Below, in pieces: positions 26,202 through 36,275 of a stretch of DNA of 53,911 bases. The stretch's first letter is position 1. Each line of letters starts with the position of its first letter. Below the pieces are notes generated by a model. The model had not been told where the DNA came from, ran no database searches, and saw only the letters and a list, made by a program, of their open reading frames with translations. The position numbers were made by a program, and so were the translations under genes. Source of the stretch: an uncultured Chitinophaga sp. (GTDB taxonomy: Bacteria; Bacteroidota; Bacteroidia; Chitinophagales; LD1); the NCBI GenBank assembly GCA_964597415.1, contig CAZQYO010000001.1:1-53911 (forward strand). Reading direction: 5' to 3'.

Positions 26202-29054
26202 TTATTTTGACTCAGCCGTCTGATGTTTCTTACCGAAATTATCGAAGTCAAAGGTCCAGCCGATGTAATACAATCCACCAATTTTAGGAGAGCCGACCGC
26301 TTCAATGTGCATGTTGTTATAAGTATTCGATCCACCGATTCGGATAGTGGAATAGGCCTTTTCAATTTCATAAGAAATCTGCACATCAAGTGTATTGAAG
26401 GCCGGTACTATTCCATCTCCAAACGGACTCTGCCACTGGAATGATTGAGGTACTATTTTAAGGTTAGCACTAAAGCCCAGTCCTTTCCAAACTCTACTGG
26501 CGTTTAATCCAATGTTCAGTTTATGTCGTGGAGTATTAAATCCCGAAAGGATGGTAGCCCCGCTGTTATTCAGGTTAGAGGCATCTAAATCGGCATAAGT
26601 ATAATTGACATAAGGAGTGATTCCGTGGCCCACATAGTAGGAAAGGCTAATGGCAACTCCCCAAGAGGGAACCGCATTAGGAGAGTTGACCCACATTTGA
26701 TACACCTTGTAAGATTCATTGGTGTTGAGCGAATCGTTCAGGGCAATTTCATCATAAGCTGTTTGGTACTCGTTAGAGCCTTTATCGGCATTGGCATCAC
26801 CGGAGTTTGTGCGCACAACGCGCTGAAAGCCGATGAAGTTTTTGTAAATACTGTAATAGGCAGAAATGTCAATGAATACCTTTTTAGCAATTTCAGTTCT
26901 GTAACCGAAATCTACACTCAACACGCTCTCCGGCTTTAAAGGGGCCAGGGTAGTAGATTTTAAGATGTCAAGACCCGATTTATCGTCAACGGTACCGGGA
27001 GTGCTGTAGTAATCCAAAGTAGATTCTCTGGTAAATAAGTTGGAATATCCGGTGCGATTTCCTACCAATAGTAACTTGCCTATGTCTAAGTATAAGTAGA
27101 GATCTTGCAAGGTTGGATTGCGGAAAGCGGAGGTGACTGAAGCGCGGAAAGTGTGGTCACTGTTCTTTGCGTTGTAAGTATATACTAAGGCACCACGCGG
27201 AGAGACCTGAGCTTTAAAATTTGAGTTTTTATCTACTCTTATCGAGCCTATGATTTTAAAATTATCGTTGAATAATCTTTTGGTTGCCTGAAGGTAAGCT
27301 CCCACTTCATGCACTCGCAGTTTGATGCCTGCTGAATCTTCAAATATGGTTCCTTTTGAATTGGGCAAGTAGATTCTATACGAAGCTCCGGTGATAATTT
27401 CTAACCACTTTACAAAATCCCAGTTGTATTGGCCTTCTACATGCACCATTGCAGACTTATCGTAAAACTTGGTTCCGTCTAACGAGTTCGCATCCTTTAT
27501 TAAAAAGCTGAAGGTGTCCTTAAACTGTTGTGAGCCGGCAGGATACCATTCTCTGGCAGCCGCAATAAATGCCTGGCGGCTGGCTTCGTCAATCTGTGAT
27601 TGCTTAATACAATCTGCACAGAAACCCGTCATAGAATCTATCGCATCAAAATAGGTAGAAGAGAAAGTAGAAACATAATCAGGCACCGCTGCTCTCGAAA
27701 CATAAGCTCCGGTTAATCCTATGTTGTAAGATTTACCGGCACTTTCCACAGCGGCATAAGCACGCACCACAAAGTTTTTACCCTTTACCTCAATTTTGGG
27801 TTGATGGAAAGTAAAGTCTTTGATTTGATAGCGGGCAGTAGCTTGGTAAACGCTTGTTCCGTAGCCGAACTTATACACTCCGGTTAATTCAATGTCGTTC
27901 TTAAAACGATAGTGCAATTCCGTGGCGAACTTTAAACTCTTAGCGTTGTAGTCGGCTAAATCTTTCTCCATATATCCCGGAGCGTGAACCCATAGGTGAC
28001 CATCAGAAGCAGAAGTATCAAACTTGCTGGCGATGGGGTTAAAGTCTAACCAAGCATTCAGCTTTACGTATTTATCATGGTCTTCGGGAGTTACCTCACA
28101 AGTGGGGCAATAATGGTCGTATTGCTTTTCGCGAATAATGGAGTTCAGGTTCACATCTGCGTCAATGTTTCCGTAGCGGTTTAATTTTGGATCCGAAGCC
28201 TCCCAGTCTTTTATCTGCATATATTCTCCGGTAAACTTGAAGGCAAAGCGGTTGTCCTTTCCAAACGTGTTGGCGTATCGTATCTGCCCATCAAAGTAAG
28301 GTCCCGGATTAGTGGTTCCTCCACCTTTTAGTTGCAGGGAAAGCCCTTTAAAATCGTAGGGACTTTTGCTGGTCATAGAAACTACTCCTTGCATAGCGTT
28401 TGCTCCGTAAAGAGCAGAAGCAGCGCCCGATATAATTTCTACACTTTCTAAGTCTAAATCGTTGGCACCTACCATGTTCCCTACCGGGAAATTTAATCCC
28501 GGAGCTTCGTTATCAATACCATCAATAAACTGCTTGGTGCGCAAGGAACGGGTATCGCTGAATCCGCGCAGGTTGATGACCTTGAAACCGGCTGAACTGG
28601 TGACAATATCAATTCCTTTGTAGTTGCCAATACTCTGATAAAAATCGCCCGAGGCGGCAGATTTGATTTCACGCGAAGTCATCTTCTCGATTTGTAGCGG
28701 AGCTTCTTTGATAGATTCTGCTACTCTGGAGGAAGTAACCACCACTTCCCCTCCGGGAATAAAGGCAGTTTCAAGAGCCACGCTTATTGTAGTATTACTT
28801 CCTATGCTTACATCGCGCGGGGTGTATCCTACATAAGAAATGGTGAGCGTTTTAGATCCCGGAGGAACCGATAAAGAGAACTTTCCCTCCGCATCAGTAG
28901 CGGTGCCAATTTGTGTTCCTTTCACCATTACAGTGGCTCCAATCATGGCTTCTTTGGTGGCGGCATCTGTTATTTTTCCGGTTATAGTTTTGTTTTGAGA
29001 AAACGCGGATAGGGATATTACAAGGAATGTAACGAGAGTAAAAATTTGTTTCAT
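26202..29054 (-). CDS. TonB-dependent receptor with carboxypeptidase-regulatory-like N-domain (SusC-like, no SusD partner)
   Basis: 950 aa with a signal peptide. The CarbopepD_reg-like block is ITGKITDAATKEAMIGATVMVKG. It has plug-domain motifs and a C-terminal beta-barrel. It is a paralog of the receptor at 33257-36217. Confidence 0.9.
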   Translation of the reverse strand: MKQIFTLVTFLVISLSAFSQNKTITGKITDAATKEAMIGATVMVKGTQIGTATDAEGKFSLSVPPGSKTLTISYVGYTPRDVSIGSNTTISVALETAFIPGGEVVVTSSRVAESIKEAPLQIEKMTSREIKSAASGDFYQSIGNYKGIDIVTSSAGFKVINLRGFSDTRSLRTKQFIDGIDNEAPGLNFPVGNMVGANDLDLESVEIISGAASALYGANAMQGVVSMTSKSPYDFKGLSLQLKGGGTTNPGPYFDGQIRYANTFGKDNRFAFKFTGEYMQIKDWEASDPKLNRYGNIDADVNLNSIIREKQYDHYCPTCEVTPEDHDKYVKLNAWLDFNPIASKFDTSASDGHLWVHAPGYMEKDLADYNAKSLKFATELHYRFKNDIELTGVYKFGYGTSVYQATARYQIKDFTFHQPKIEVKGKNFVVRAYAAVESAGKSYNIGLTGAYVSRAAVPDYVSTFSSTYFDAIDSMTGFCADCIKQSQIDEASRQAFIAAAREWYPAGSQQFKDTFSFLIKDANSLDGTKFYDKSAMVHVEGQYNWDFVKWLEIITGASYRIYLPNSKGTIFEDSAGIKLRVHEVGAYLQATKRLFNDNFKIIGSIRVDKNSNFKAQVSPRGALVYTYNAKNSDHTFRASVTSAFRNPTLQDLYLYLDIGKLLLVGNRTGYSNLFTRESTLDYYSTPGTVDDKSGLDILKSTTLAPLKPESVLSVDFGYRTEIAKKVFIDISAYYSIYKNFIGFQRVVRTNSGDANADKGSNEYQTAYDEIALNDSLNTNESYKVYQMWVNSPNAVPSWGVAISLSYYVGHGITPYVNYTYADLDASNLNNSGATILSGFNTPRHKLNIGLNASRVWKGLGFSANLKIVPQSFQWQSPFGDGIVPAFNTLDVQISYEIEKAYSTIRIGGSNTYNNMHIEAVGSPKIGGLYYIGWTFDFDNFGKKHQTAESK

Positions 29055-29286
29055 TTAACTGTTGGGATTACTTAGTAATTTTTTCAGGCGGAATCGAAGA
29101 TAAGAAAATATGCTTTCCACCAAGTTTTGACTCAAAAATTATAGAGATAAAATGCGCGCTGAAATCAACTTCGACAAAGGGTTTCTAATGCTAAGGGCAG
29201 ATAATTGGATGGCAATATTCTTTGATGCTTTAAAGGGGGATGCCAAATCAGAGAAAATGCTTTGAACGGAGAGGACTTCGGTACAC

Positions 29287-29321
29287 TAAAAATGCCCAAA
29301 GAAATTTCTTCGGGCATTTTT
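29287..29321 (-). terminator. Rho-independent terminator downstream of the SGNH hydrolase gene
   Basis: The hairpin at 29292-29317 (ATGCCCGAAGAAA/TTTCTTTGGGCAT on the minus strand, one G-U pair) is flanked by A and T runs. It begins 19 nt after the stop codon. Confidence 0.6.
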
Positions 29322-29335
29322 ATTACAGGGACTGA

Positions 29336-30973
29336 TTAATTTTTAAGAATACGTTGAGAAGCGGTACCATTTAAAGTAGTAAGGCTTAGTGTATATACAC
29401 CTGCCGAAAGGCCGGAGATATCAATAGTATTGGTAGCCGTAGTGGAATGAAACACTACTTGGCCCAAGGTATTGGTCATCTCTATCTGCTTAATGATTTC
29501 GCCTTTTGCATCTATCGTCAATTTTCCGGTAGTTGGGTTCGGGAAAATAGAAAAGGAATTTTCGGTTAAAGTGGGGCCAACAGATGAGGGCGTTTCTCCA
29601 TAGACCAGATTTAGCACAGGAGCAAAATCAGGATCGGTAGAGTTGTAGAAATCTACCTTGCCCGTGGCTCCCGGAGCTTTGATTATAATTTGTGTGCCTG
29701 CTGCATTTTTAATAAAAGGAAGAGCCTGAACAGGAAGATCTAAGCGAACCCAATCATCATTATTAGCAATAGAACCAAACTGACAAGGCGCGCCTGAAGC
29801 ATCGCCAGTAGCGGTATAGTCGGCAGCCTCTACATTTGCAGTGGTTCCCAAATCACCATTCTTCACGGTTACTTCCAAGGTACCGGAAAGCGGGTTAGTG
29901 CCGGTTAATGATTGCCTTCTGATAAACAGACTCGCCTTGGCCAAAGTAGTATCGGCCATTGCGGTAGTATTAAAAGAAAGCACTGTCGCAAAATCTTCAC
30001 CGGAAGCATTGCCGAGCGAAAGCGATGCAGCTACGCTGCCTTGCGATGAAACCGTCCCCGTTTCGTTGTTATTTGCCGAAAGCAGATACAAATCATCCAT
30101 CAAATATTTCTGATAAAATTTTTGCAAGTGGTAGCTGAAGAACGCTTTAAAACCGTTGGCAGAAAGGTGAAAACAGTCTTTGGTAAATCCATAATCGTTC
30201 ATCGCTGTTTTGGGAGAGGGATAGTTAGGATCACCAAAGGGAAGAGGCTGCGTATGTGCGGCATAAGTTCCAAAGGGTGGTACACTCATGGGTGAAGTTT
30301 GACCATATACATATTGCATTAAGCCGGTGCAGATGACATGTTTCACTTGTGGGTCGCTGGCATAGATGCTGTCGAACTTTAGCGAAATATCATTGAGCAA
30401 GGTGTTGATTTGAAGAAAAGTGGGTTCGCCCATACCGTGCCAGGTATTATAGAATGGTTGGCTGGTTTGAAATGGAGCCATATCATTAATAGGCTCGGCA
30501 AAATTGGGATAAACATATCCGCTCCAAAAAACCATGATACCCGGCTTGCAGCTTTTTATGTATTGTATCACAGAGTCTAATCGCAGAAAAACATTTGACG
30601 TGAGGGTGTCGGTTTGACCCGGGGTCATGTTGATGTTCCAATCGCCCAGAAAATCATTTCCGCCAATGCTCAAGTGCACTACTTCAATAGATGGATTGTT
30701 GTTTAATAGCGTTTGAATTTCTACCTTCTTATCGGCTTTCAAAAAGTCATCTGTTTGTGCTCCGTTTTCGGCCACTATAGCGTCAGAAACAAAAGTATAA
30801 TTAGAATGTCCCCAGGCTTTTAATTCGATATTAATAATAGACTGAGTGCTCATAAACCAAGCCCAGCTATCTCCCACTAATAAAATTTTTGGAGTAGGGG
30901 TCTCGGTGCATTGAGAAAAACTGCGGAAGGGTGTTATAAAAACAATCAGCAGGAGTAGATAAAGTTTATTCAT
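29336..30973 (-). CDS. SGNH/GDSL-type hydrolase with T9SS C-terminal sorting domain
   Basis: 545 aa with a signal peptide. The SGNH blocks are LLVGDSWAW (block I), SIGGNDF and DCFHLS (block V, DxxH). The C-terminal FSIFPNPTTGKLTI...YTLSL is a T9SS CTD pattern. Confidence 0.8.
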   Translation of the reverse strand: MNKLYLLLLIVFITPFRSFSQCTETPTPKILLVGDSWAWFMSTQSIINIELKAWGHSNYTFVSDAIVAENGAQTDDFLKADKKVEIQTLLNNNPSIEVVHLSIGGNDFLGDWNINMTPGQTDTLTSNVFLRLDSVIQYIKSCKPGIMVFWSGYVYPNFAEPINDMAPFQTSQPFYNTWHGMGEPTFLQINTLLNDISLKFDSIYASDPQVKHVICTGLMQYVYGQTSPMSVPPFGTYAAHTQPLPFGDPNYPSPKTAMNDYGFTKDCFHLSANGFKAFFSYHLQKFYQKYLMDDLYLLSANNNETGTVSSQGSVAASLSLGNASGEDFATVLSFNTTAMADTTLAKASLFIRRQSLTGTNPLSGTLEVTVKNGDLGTTANVEAADYTATGDASGAPCQFGSIANNDDWVRLDLPVQALPFIKNAAGTQIIIKAPGATGKVDFYNSTDPDFAPVLNLVYGETPSSVGPTLTENSFSIFPNPTTGKLTIDAKGEIIKQIEMTNTLGQVVFHSTTATNTIDISGLSAGVYTLSLTTLNGTASQRILKN

Positions 30974-31105
30974 TGTTCTTGGTTTTTAAAGAAGGCGAAA
31001 AGTAAAGAAAATAAACAGCAAAAAATAAGTGCGGGGCTTTGTGAGGCCAGAATGGGGATATGCGCAAGGTGCAAATGGGCTCAATCGGAGGCACAAACCA
31101 AGCCC

Positions 31106-31138
31106 AATTAAAAACCCCGCTGCCTTTAGGCAACGGGG
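31106..31138 (-). terminator. Candidate rho-independent terminator (minus strand) with no intact gene upstream
   Basis: The hairpin at 31115-31138 (CCCCGTTGCC-TAAA-GGCAGCGGGG on the minus strand, one mismatch) is followed by TTTTTAATT on the minus strand. Confidence 0.4.
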
Positions 31139-31651
31139 CTACTCAAACCCCACACTCTTCTTTAAATATCGGCCTCTATTTCTCAACTGCCATTAATAGC
31201 TAGTTATAGATGTTGAAGTGCTCGTACTCATCCAACCTTTGGCGCGGCATCTTATGGGCAATGTGCGTTAGCGATTGCCAATTGAAACTTATACTCTCTA
31301 AAATAAAACACTTATCACCTTTTTTTGAGAACTTCCTAAGGCATTTTGCATAATTCTCATTGCTTGCCTTGCCCCGTCAGTTACATACTATCAAAATACA
31401 GAGTCGTTTTACGGAGGTTTGGGTTTGGGGGTATAAATGGGTTATATCCTCTTGTAAGTACGACCGCCCCAAAAGTGATTGGCCCATTTGACACTCAATA
31501 TAGAAGGAAAATCGAAAAGAAATTTGGATGGAGACCAATGGATTGAAAGTCCTCAAATAGCACATAAATGCAGCGTAGCTCGCGCGTAGAGTTGCGCTAT
31601 TTGGGTAATTCTAAGTTTAACTGACCACATGACAAGCAGCCAATCATTAAA

Positions 31652-31689
31652 ATAAAAAGAGGCAGAAATTAATTTCTGCCCCTTTTTTA
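31652..31689. terminator. Bidirectional rho-independent terminator downstream of the alpha/beta hydrolase gene
   Basis: A perfect 10-bp palindrome GGCAGAAATT/AATTTCTGCC (31661-31680) is flanked by A-rich sequence on the left and CCTTTTTT on the right. It lies 30 nt after the stop at 31711. Confidence 0.65.
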
Positions 31690-31710
31690 GAAGATATTAC
31701 CTACTGATTT

Positions 31711-33192
31711 TTATCTCTCAATAGTTACTTTTCTTGTAGTATAAGTGCCGTCCGCCAGTTTTACATATATCAGGTAAATGCCGTTGGTCAGATTGCTTAC
31801 GTTCAAGCTGTGATTGTAAGAAGCGATGCTGTTGTCGTCCTTCACCATTTCACCTATGATGTTGTATAATCGAATGGTTTGAATAGGCTTTTCAAGTGAA
31901 CTAACATGAACGTTCAACTGAGCAGAAGCCGGATTAGGGAACACTTGCATTTCTATGTTTCCGGAAACTTCGCGAATACCGGTAGGTCCCGTGTAAGAAG
32001 GATCTATCAATAATTTATAAAGGCGCGGAGAAGCATAACCCATAATAGTATCAATATACAGATTGGCGCGTGTAGGGGTAGCACCCGGATTTAAAGCTTG
32101 CATGTTGGTGGAACCATTGTAGCAAGTAGGATCGTACCAGTTGTATGGCTCAAAACCCGTTCCATAGAATGGATACAAGCCTTCAATAGATACGGTGGTG
32201 GCACCTTGTCCATCAATATTAGCCGGGCCTTGCGGAAAGTTATTTGGCTTAAACACATCGTTGTTTCCATATTTATCTACATAAGGCATATAGTCACCGG
32301 GGCCACTAACTTCAATCACCGGCTGTCCGGTGGTGGTGGTTACTATTCCGGTATTGTAAGGGCTTCCGGTTTCGTTAACCCCGTGAAAAGCCAGCACTGG
32401 CACTTCGCCCGGCTGCACCCATGAGGTATCGCCTATACAACCTCCCAGAGATAGCACACAGCTAAATTTGGAAGAAATGCCGGGATAGTTGTCGTGGTTT
32501 TGCACACCTCCGAAACCATCAAAATCACCTAGAGTATCCTGACTTATAAATGGACCACCGGAGCCGACAAATTTAGGAGCTGACAACTCTGCGGTATCGT
32601 TAAGTGCGCCTGCTGCCAAAGCTACATAAGCTCCGGAGTTAGAGCCACCAATTACAAATTTACCGGTGTCAATACCATAAGAATTACTGTTGGACGCAAA
32701 ATCATTTTTAAAGTAACGAACTAATGATTTGGCATCCTGCATAGCTTGGTAAACTGCGCGGATGATGGTAGAGGTGCGAACTTCCTGTGAACTGGAAGTG
32801 GCACTCCAACCTAAACGGTAATCGAAAGAAACAGCAACGTATCCTCTGCGGGCAAAGCGCTTGCAAAGTTCTACCATTGAAGAATCTGATCTACCCTTAA
32901 AGCATAGACCCAAAAGGGCGGTGGTAAGGTTTTCGGGAAGGAAGGAACCGTTGTGTGAGAGCAATATCACCGGCCGATTAGTAGCAGTATCGCCCACCGG
33001 ACGGTAAACATCCATTTTTAGCGGTTGCAGTGAGCTGAAGCCGGTGAAAAATTCATAGTTCTGTGCATATACAATGCTTGTATCTACCTGCACATCGGTA
33101 AACACTTCGTCTAAATAGCGAACTTGAGCGTTCGAAGTACCAGCCAGGGCTACAAGTGCGCCAATGACCAGAAATCGTAAACTTCTTTTCAT
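31711..33192 (-). CDS. Alpha/beta-hydrolase-fold esterase/lipase-like protein with T9SS C-terminal sorting domain
   Basis: 493 aa with a signal peptide. It has an HGG-like oxyanion region (LLSHNGSF) and a nucleophile-elbow-like GGSNSGAY. The C-terminal VFPNPASAQLNV...YLIYV is a T9SS CTD pattern. Confidence 0.7.
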   Translation of the reverse strand: MKRSLRFLVIGALVALAGTSNAQVRYLDEVFTDVQVDTSIVYAQNYEFFTGFSSLQPLKMDVYRPVGDTATNRPVILLSHNGSFLPENLTTALLGLCFKGRSDSSMVELCKRFARRGYVAVSFDYRLGWSATSSSQEVRTSTIIRAVYQAMQDAKSLVRYFKNDFASNSNSYGIDTGKFVIGGSNSGAYVALAAGALNDTAELSAPKFVGSGGPFISQDTLGDFDGFGGVQNHDNYPGISSKFSCVLSLGGCIGDTSWVQPGEVPVLAFHGVNETGSPYNTGIVTTTTGQPVIEVSGPGDYMPYVDKYGNNDVFKPNNFPQGPANIDGQGATTVSIEGLYPFYGTGFEPYNWYDPTCYNGSTNMQALNPGATPTRANLYIDTIMGYASPRLYKLLIDPSYTGPTGIREVSGNIEMQVFPNPASAQLNVHVSSLEKPIQTIRLYNIIGEMVKDDNSIASYNHSLNVSNLTNGIYLIYVKLADGTYTTRKVTIER

Positions 33193-33256
33193 AACATAAT
33201 GGGTTTGGTTTAAAAAAGGGTGTTTAATCTTGAAGGTTGAAAATAAGAAATTTTTA

Positions 33257-36217
33257 TTACCACTTCGTTTTTATCTTGTCATATCCTCTTTTGAGGCTTT
33301 CGGCATCTACATCAATCAATACAGAAGCATAAATTAAGCGGCCAATTCCGGGACCACCGTAAGCCTGATAATTTTTCTTTGAAATAAGGTTAGAGCCTCC
33401 CAGTTTAAACGTGCTGTAAATCTTTTTTACTTCCCAATTTATTTGAGCATCTAACAAAGAATAAGAGGGAATAGAGCCGGTAAATTGTGGCGAGCCTTCA
33501 AACATAAATCCTTGTATCCATTTGTAGGTGATATTAAATCCGAAACCGGGAGTGTTTTTTATTTTGATATTACTGCCACTAAAGCCCACATTGAATTTAT
33601 GCTCAGGGGTGTTGAAAGCCGGAATAATGGGGTCGGTTGATCCCATCATATTTATGTGGTTCCAACTGTAGTTTCCATTAAAGGAGTAATTGCGGATGAA
33701 GAAATAATTAAAGCCAATAGAGGCTCCATACGTCATTACCCGGTCTGGCGAATTGGCTGCTACGCGGTAAACTTGTTTAGGCTGTTTTGTGAATCCGATT
33801 TGCTGTAAAGTAAGTCCGAATTGATAGCCCAAAAAGTAACGGTAAAAACTTACATAGGCACTTCCGTCAATGTAGAGCTTTTTTGCTATTACCCCTTTGT
33901 AGCCCAACTCTAAACTCTGTACTTTTTCGGGTCGCACTTTCGGAACGTTAATGTATTTTATCATAGAGTCGTTCGGCTCGGCACTATCAAAGTAGTTGCG
34001 AACCGATTCTACTGTAGGGAGGGAGTCGAAGCCGTTTAAATTTCCGATAAGGATGGCTCGGCCTACGTTGTAATAAAGATATTGATCTTGTAGTGTAGGA
34101 TTGCGAATAGCCGATGCAAATGACAAGCGAATCGTGTGATTGTTTTTGTAAGAATATACAATAGAGGCGGCAGGTGTGGCAATCACCGGAAAGTTTTGGT
34201 TTTTATCTACCCGACAAGTGGCAGTGACGATAAATGAATTTTTGTTCTCCGCCCCAAAATCAAACTTCTTTGACAGGCTGATGTAGCCCCCCACTTCCCA
34301 GTTGCGAATCCACTTTCTTGTGGAATCCAGCACGATGTAGTTTCCGGTGTTGTCTTTCAAAATATTTCCGGAAGAGTCTCGGGCATAATTGCGCACAATT
34401 GTGTCGCTAAAAATGGTTCCCTTAGAGTCGGGCAAATATATCCTGAAACTCGCCCCCGTTATCAGCTCAAACAGCGGCTTTTCTGCTCTCTTTTTCTTTG
34501 GTTCAAATTTATATTCTCCCTGTACGTGCACTAACTTAGAGCGGTCGTAAAAAAGAGTTCCGCCCTGCTCAAAGGCGGTGCGCGAAATAATGTCGTGAAA
34601 TATAGAATCGTACAGCTCGGTTCCGGGAACTAATCGCGCCCGGCCACCAAATTGAGTGACGGTATCGGCATAGGTGCGCGCCCATTGATGCCATAGCGTG
34701 AGAGAGTCCTGATATAAATCCAAAACGGCATTTGCTTGCGCTGCGGTGGCCTCCGTCCAAACGGTGTTGGTGTTTGGGAAATTAGGTAAGTTTTTTACCC
34801 GTGCCATTGGAGCCAATAAACCGGGAAGTCCATTCGACCAAAAGCGCTCGTAATGTTGCCCCCATTGCAAATCGGTTTTTGCATACTGCTGCATTTTTAA
34901 ACTGGTAAATACGGCATCATAAGAATTTCCGGAGTTTTCGAAAGTGGCATAAGCGCGCACAAAAAACTTATCGGGCTGGCCTATCTCTATTTTCGCTTGC
35001 TGGAAAGTAAGTCCATTCAAACGGTAGCGGTTATCGCCTTGGTACACCGTAGAACCCGAACCGTAATTGTAGCTTCCCTTCAATTCAACCTTATCCGTGA
35101 TCTTATAATGAAGCGATGTGTTGGCCTTTATATTTCTCACATCGTAATTCACCACATCTTTTTCTAAGTAACCGGTTCTGAAAAATTGACCTAAGCCCGG
35201 GCGTTGTCGCATTATATAGGGACTGTTAGCATAGTTGTACGCATCCTTAGTTAATAGTTCGTCACCATATCTGTTTACGGCATCGTATCCTCCGGGATTG
35301 CCAACCGGTTGCCACGAATTGGTAGAAGCGGACATGTTATCGGCCTCCCAATCATCTGCCCGCAGGTAACTGAAGTTTAACTTAAACGCAAATTTGTCCG
35401 TGCCCACTTTATTTTTAAAAACTTTTGCGTAGCGAATGGCCCCTTCAAACATGTTGCGCTCTCCTCTCTTTACAAACACGGTTAATCCCGGATAATAAAA
35501 AGGATTTTTGGTTTGCATGCTGATGACTCCGTTGAAAGCGTTTGGCCCATACAAGGAGGAAGATGCACCCACGATTAAGTCCACCTTTTGGATATCAATT
35601 TCGGAAGCACCTGCAAAATTTCCAACGCTAAAATTAAGCCCCGGTGCCTGGTTGTCTGCCCCGTCTAAAAGTTGAAGAGAACGAACCGGAGAGGTAGAGT
35701 TAAAGCCTCGGGTATTGATAATCACAAAGCCCAAAGAAGCAGCCGTCATATCTACCCCCTTCAAGGTACTGAGACCTTCGTAAAAAGTAGTTGCTGCGGT
35801 TTGCTTAATGGCCTGTAACCCCATACTTTCAACGGTAAGTGGTGATTGCTGTTGCTTTTCGGTAATGCGAGAGTCCACTATTTCTACTGCATCCAGAACC
35901 GTTTCAGAAACAGCCAGCCGGATATTGAAAGAGCGCTTTAAATCTGTGGCGCTTTTTATTTCTATTTCTTGCGCATCGTAACCGATATATGAAAAGACGA
36001 GAGTGAAGGGGGGTGTTTCGATAATTTTTAATTGAAACTTTCCGTTTACATCGGTCAGCGCACCATTAGTAGTTCCTTTGACTAATACCGTAGCACCTAT
36101 CAGCGGTTCTCCACTGCTTTTGTCGAGTAGAATGCCGTTGAGTTCCTGCGCCGAAACGGCATTTGCGAGAAATGCAAATAAAGTGAGAGAGAGTAAAATT
36201 TGCTTCATGCTATTCAT
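33257..36217 (-). CDS. TonB-dependent receptor with carboxypeptidase-regulatory-like N-domain (SusC-like, no SusD partner)
   Basis: 986 aa. It is collinear with the receptor at 26202-29054. Shared blocks include DG.DN.APGLNF.VGN, ITGAS.RIYLP.SKGTIF, RNPTLQD.YLY and FNTP.HK.N.G. Confidence 0.9.
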   Translation of the reverse strand: MNSMKQILLSLTLFAFLANAVSAQELNGILLDKSSGEPLIGATVLVKGTTNGALTDVNGKFQLKIIETPPFTLVFSYIGYDAQEIEIKSATDLKRSFNIRLAVSETVLDAVEIVDSRITEKQQQSPLTVESMGLQAIKQTAATTFYEGLSTLKGVDMTAASLGFVIINTRGFNSTSPVRSLQLLDGADNQAPGLNFSVGNFAGASEIDIQKVDLIVGASSSLYGPNAFNGVISMQTKNPFYYPGLTVFVKRGERNMFEGAIRYAKVFKNKVGTDKFAFKLNFSYLRADDWEADNMSASTNSWQPVGNPGGYDAVNRYGDELLTKDAYNYANSPYIMRQRPGLGQFFRTGYLEKDVVNYDVRNIKANTSLHYKITDKVELKGSYNYGSGSTVYQGDNRYRLNGLTFQQAKIEIGQPDKFFVRAYATFENSGNSYDAVFTSLKMQQYAKTDLQWGQHYERFWSNGLPGLLAPMARVKNLPNFPNTNTVWTEATAAQANAVLDLYQDSLTLWHQWARTYADTVTQFGGRARLVPGTELYDSIFHDIISRTAFEQGGTLFYDRSKLVHVQGEYKFEPKKKRAEKPLFELITGASFRIYLPDSKGTIFSDTIVRNYARDSSGNILKDNTGNYIVLDSTRKWIRNWEVGGYISLSKKFDFGAENKNSFIVTATCRVDKNQNFPVIATPAASIVYSYKNNHTIRLSFASAIRNPTLQDQYLYYNVGRAILIGNLNGFDSLPTVESVRNYFDSAEPNDSMIKYINVPKVRPEKVQSLELGYKGVIAKKLYIDGSAYVSFYRYFLGYQFGLTLQQIGFTKQPKQVYRVAANSPDRVMTYGASIGFNYFFIRNYSFNGNYSWNHINMMGSTDPIIPAFNTPEHKFNVGFSGSNIKIKNTPGFGFNITYKWIQGFMFEGSPQFTGSIPSYSLLDAQINWEVKKIYSTFKLGGSNLISKKNYQAYGGPGIGRLIYASVLIDVDAESLKRGYDKIKTKW

Positions 36218-36275
36218 CGAATGTGAGGGCTAAATATAATCGCTAAACGATAAACCCGAATTCTTTCCCTTTAGA

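Noticed and set aside
31346-31565. 66-aa plus-strand and 62-aa minus-strand ORFs in the long gap as real genes. I also noticed a GAAAGTCC string near 31545 that is reminiscent of RNase P RNA.
   Set aside because: The translations look non-protein-like, and neither has a motif or plausible start context. The RNase P resemblance is limited to one short string, without the other universally conserved RNase P segments, and I found no tmRNA or SRP signatures either. The region is reported only as a possible gene remnant.
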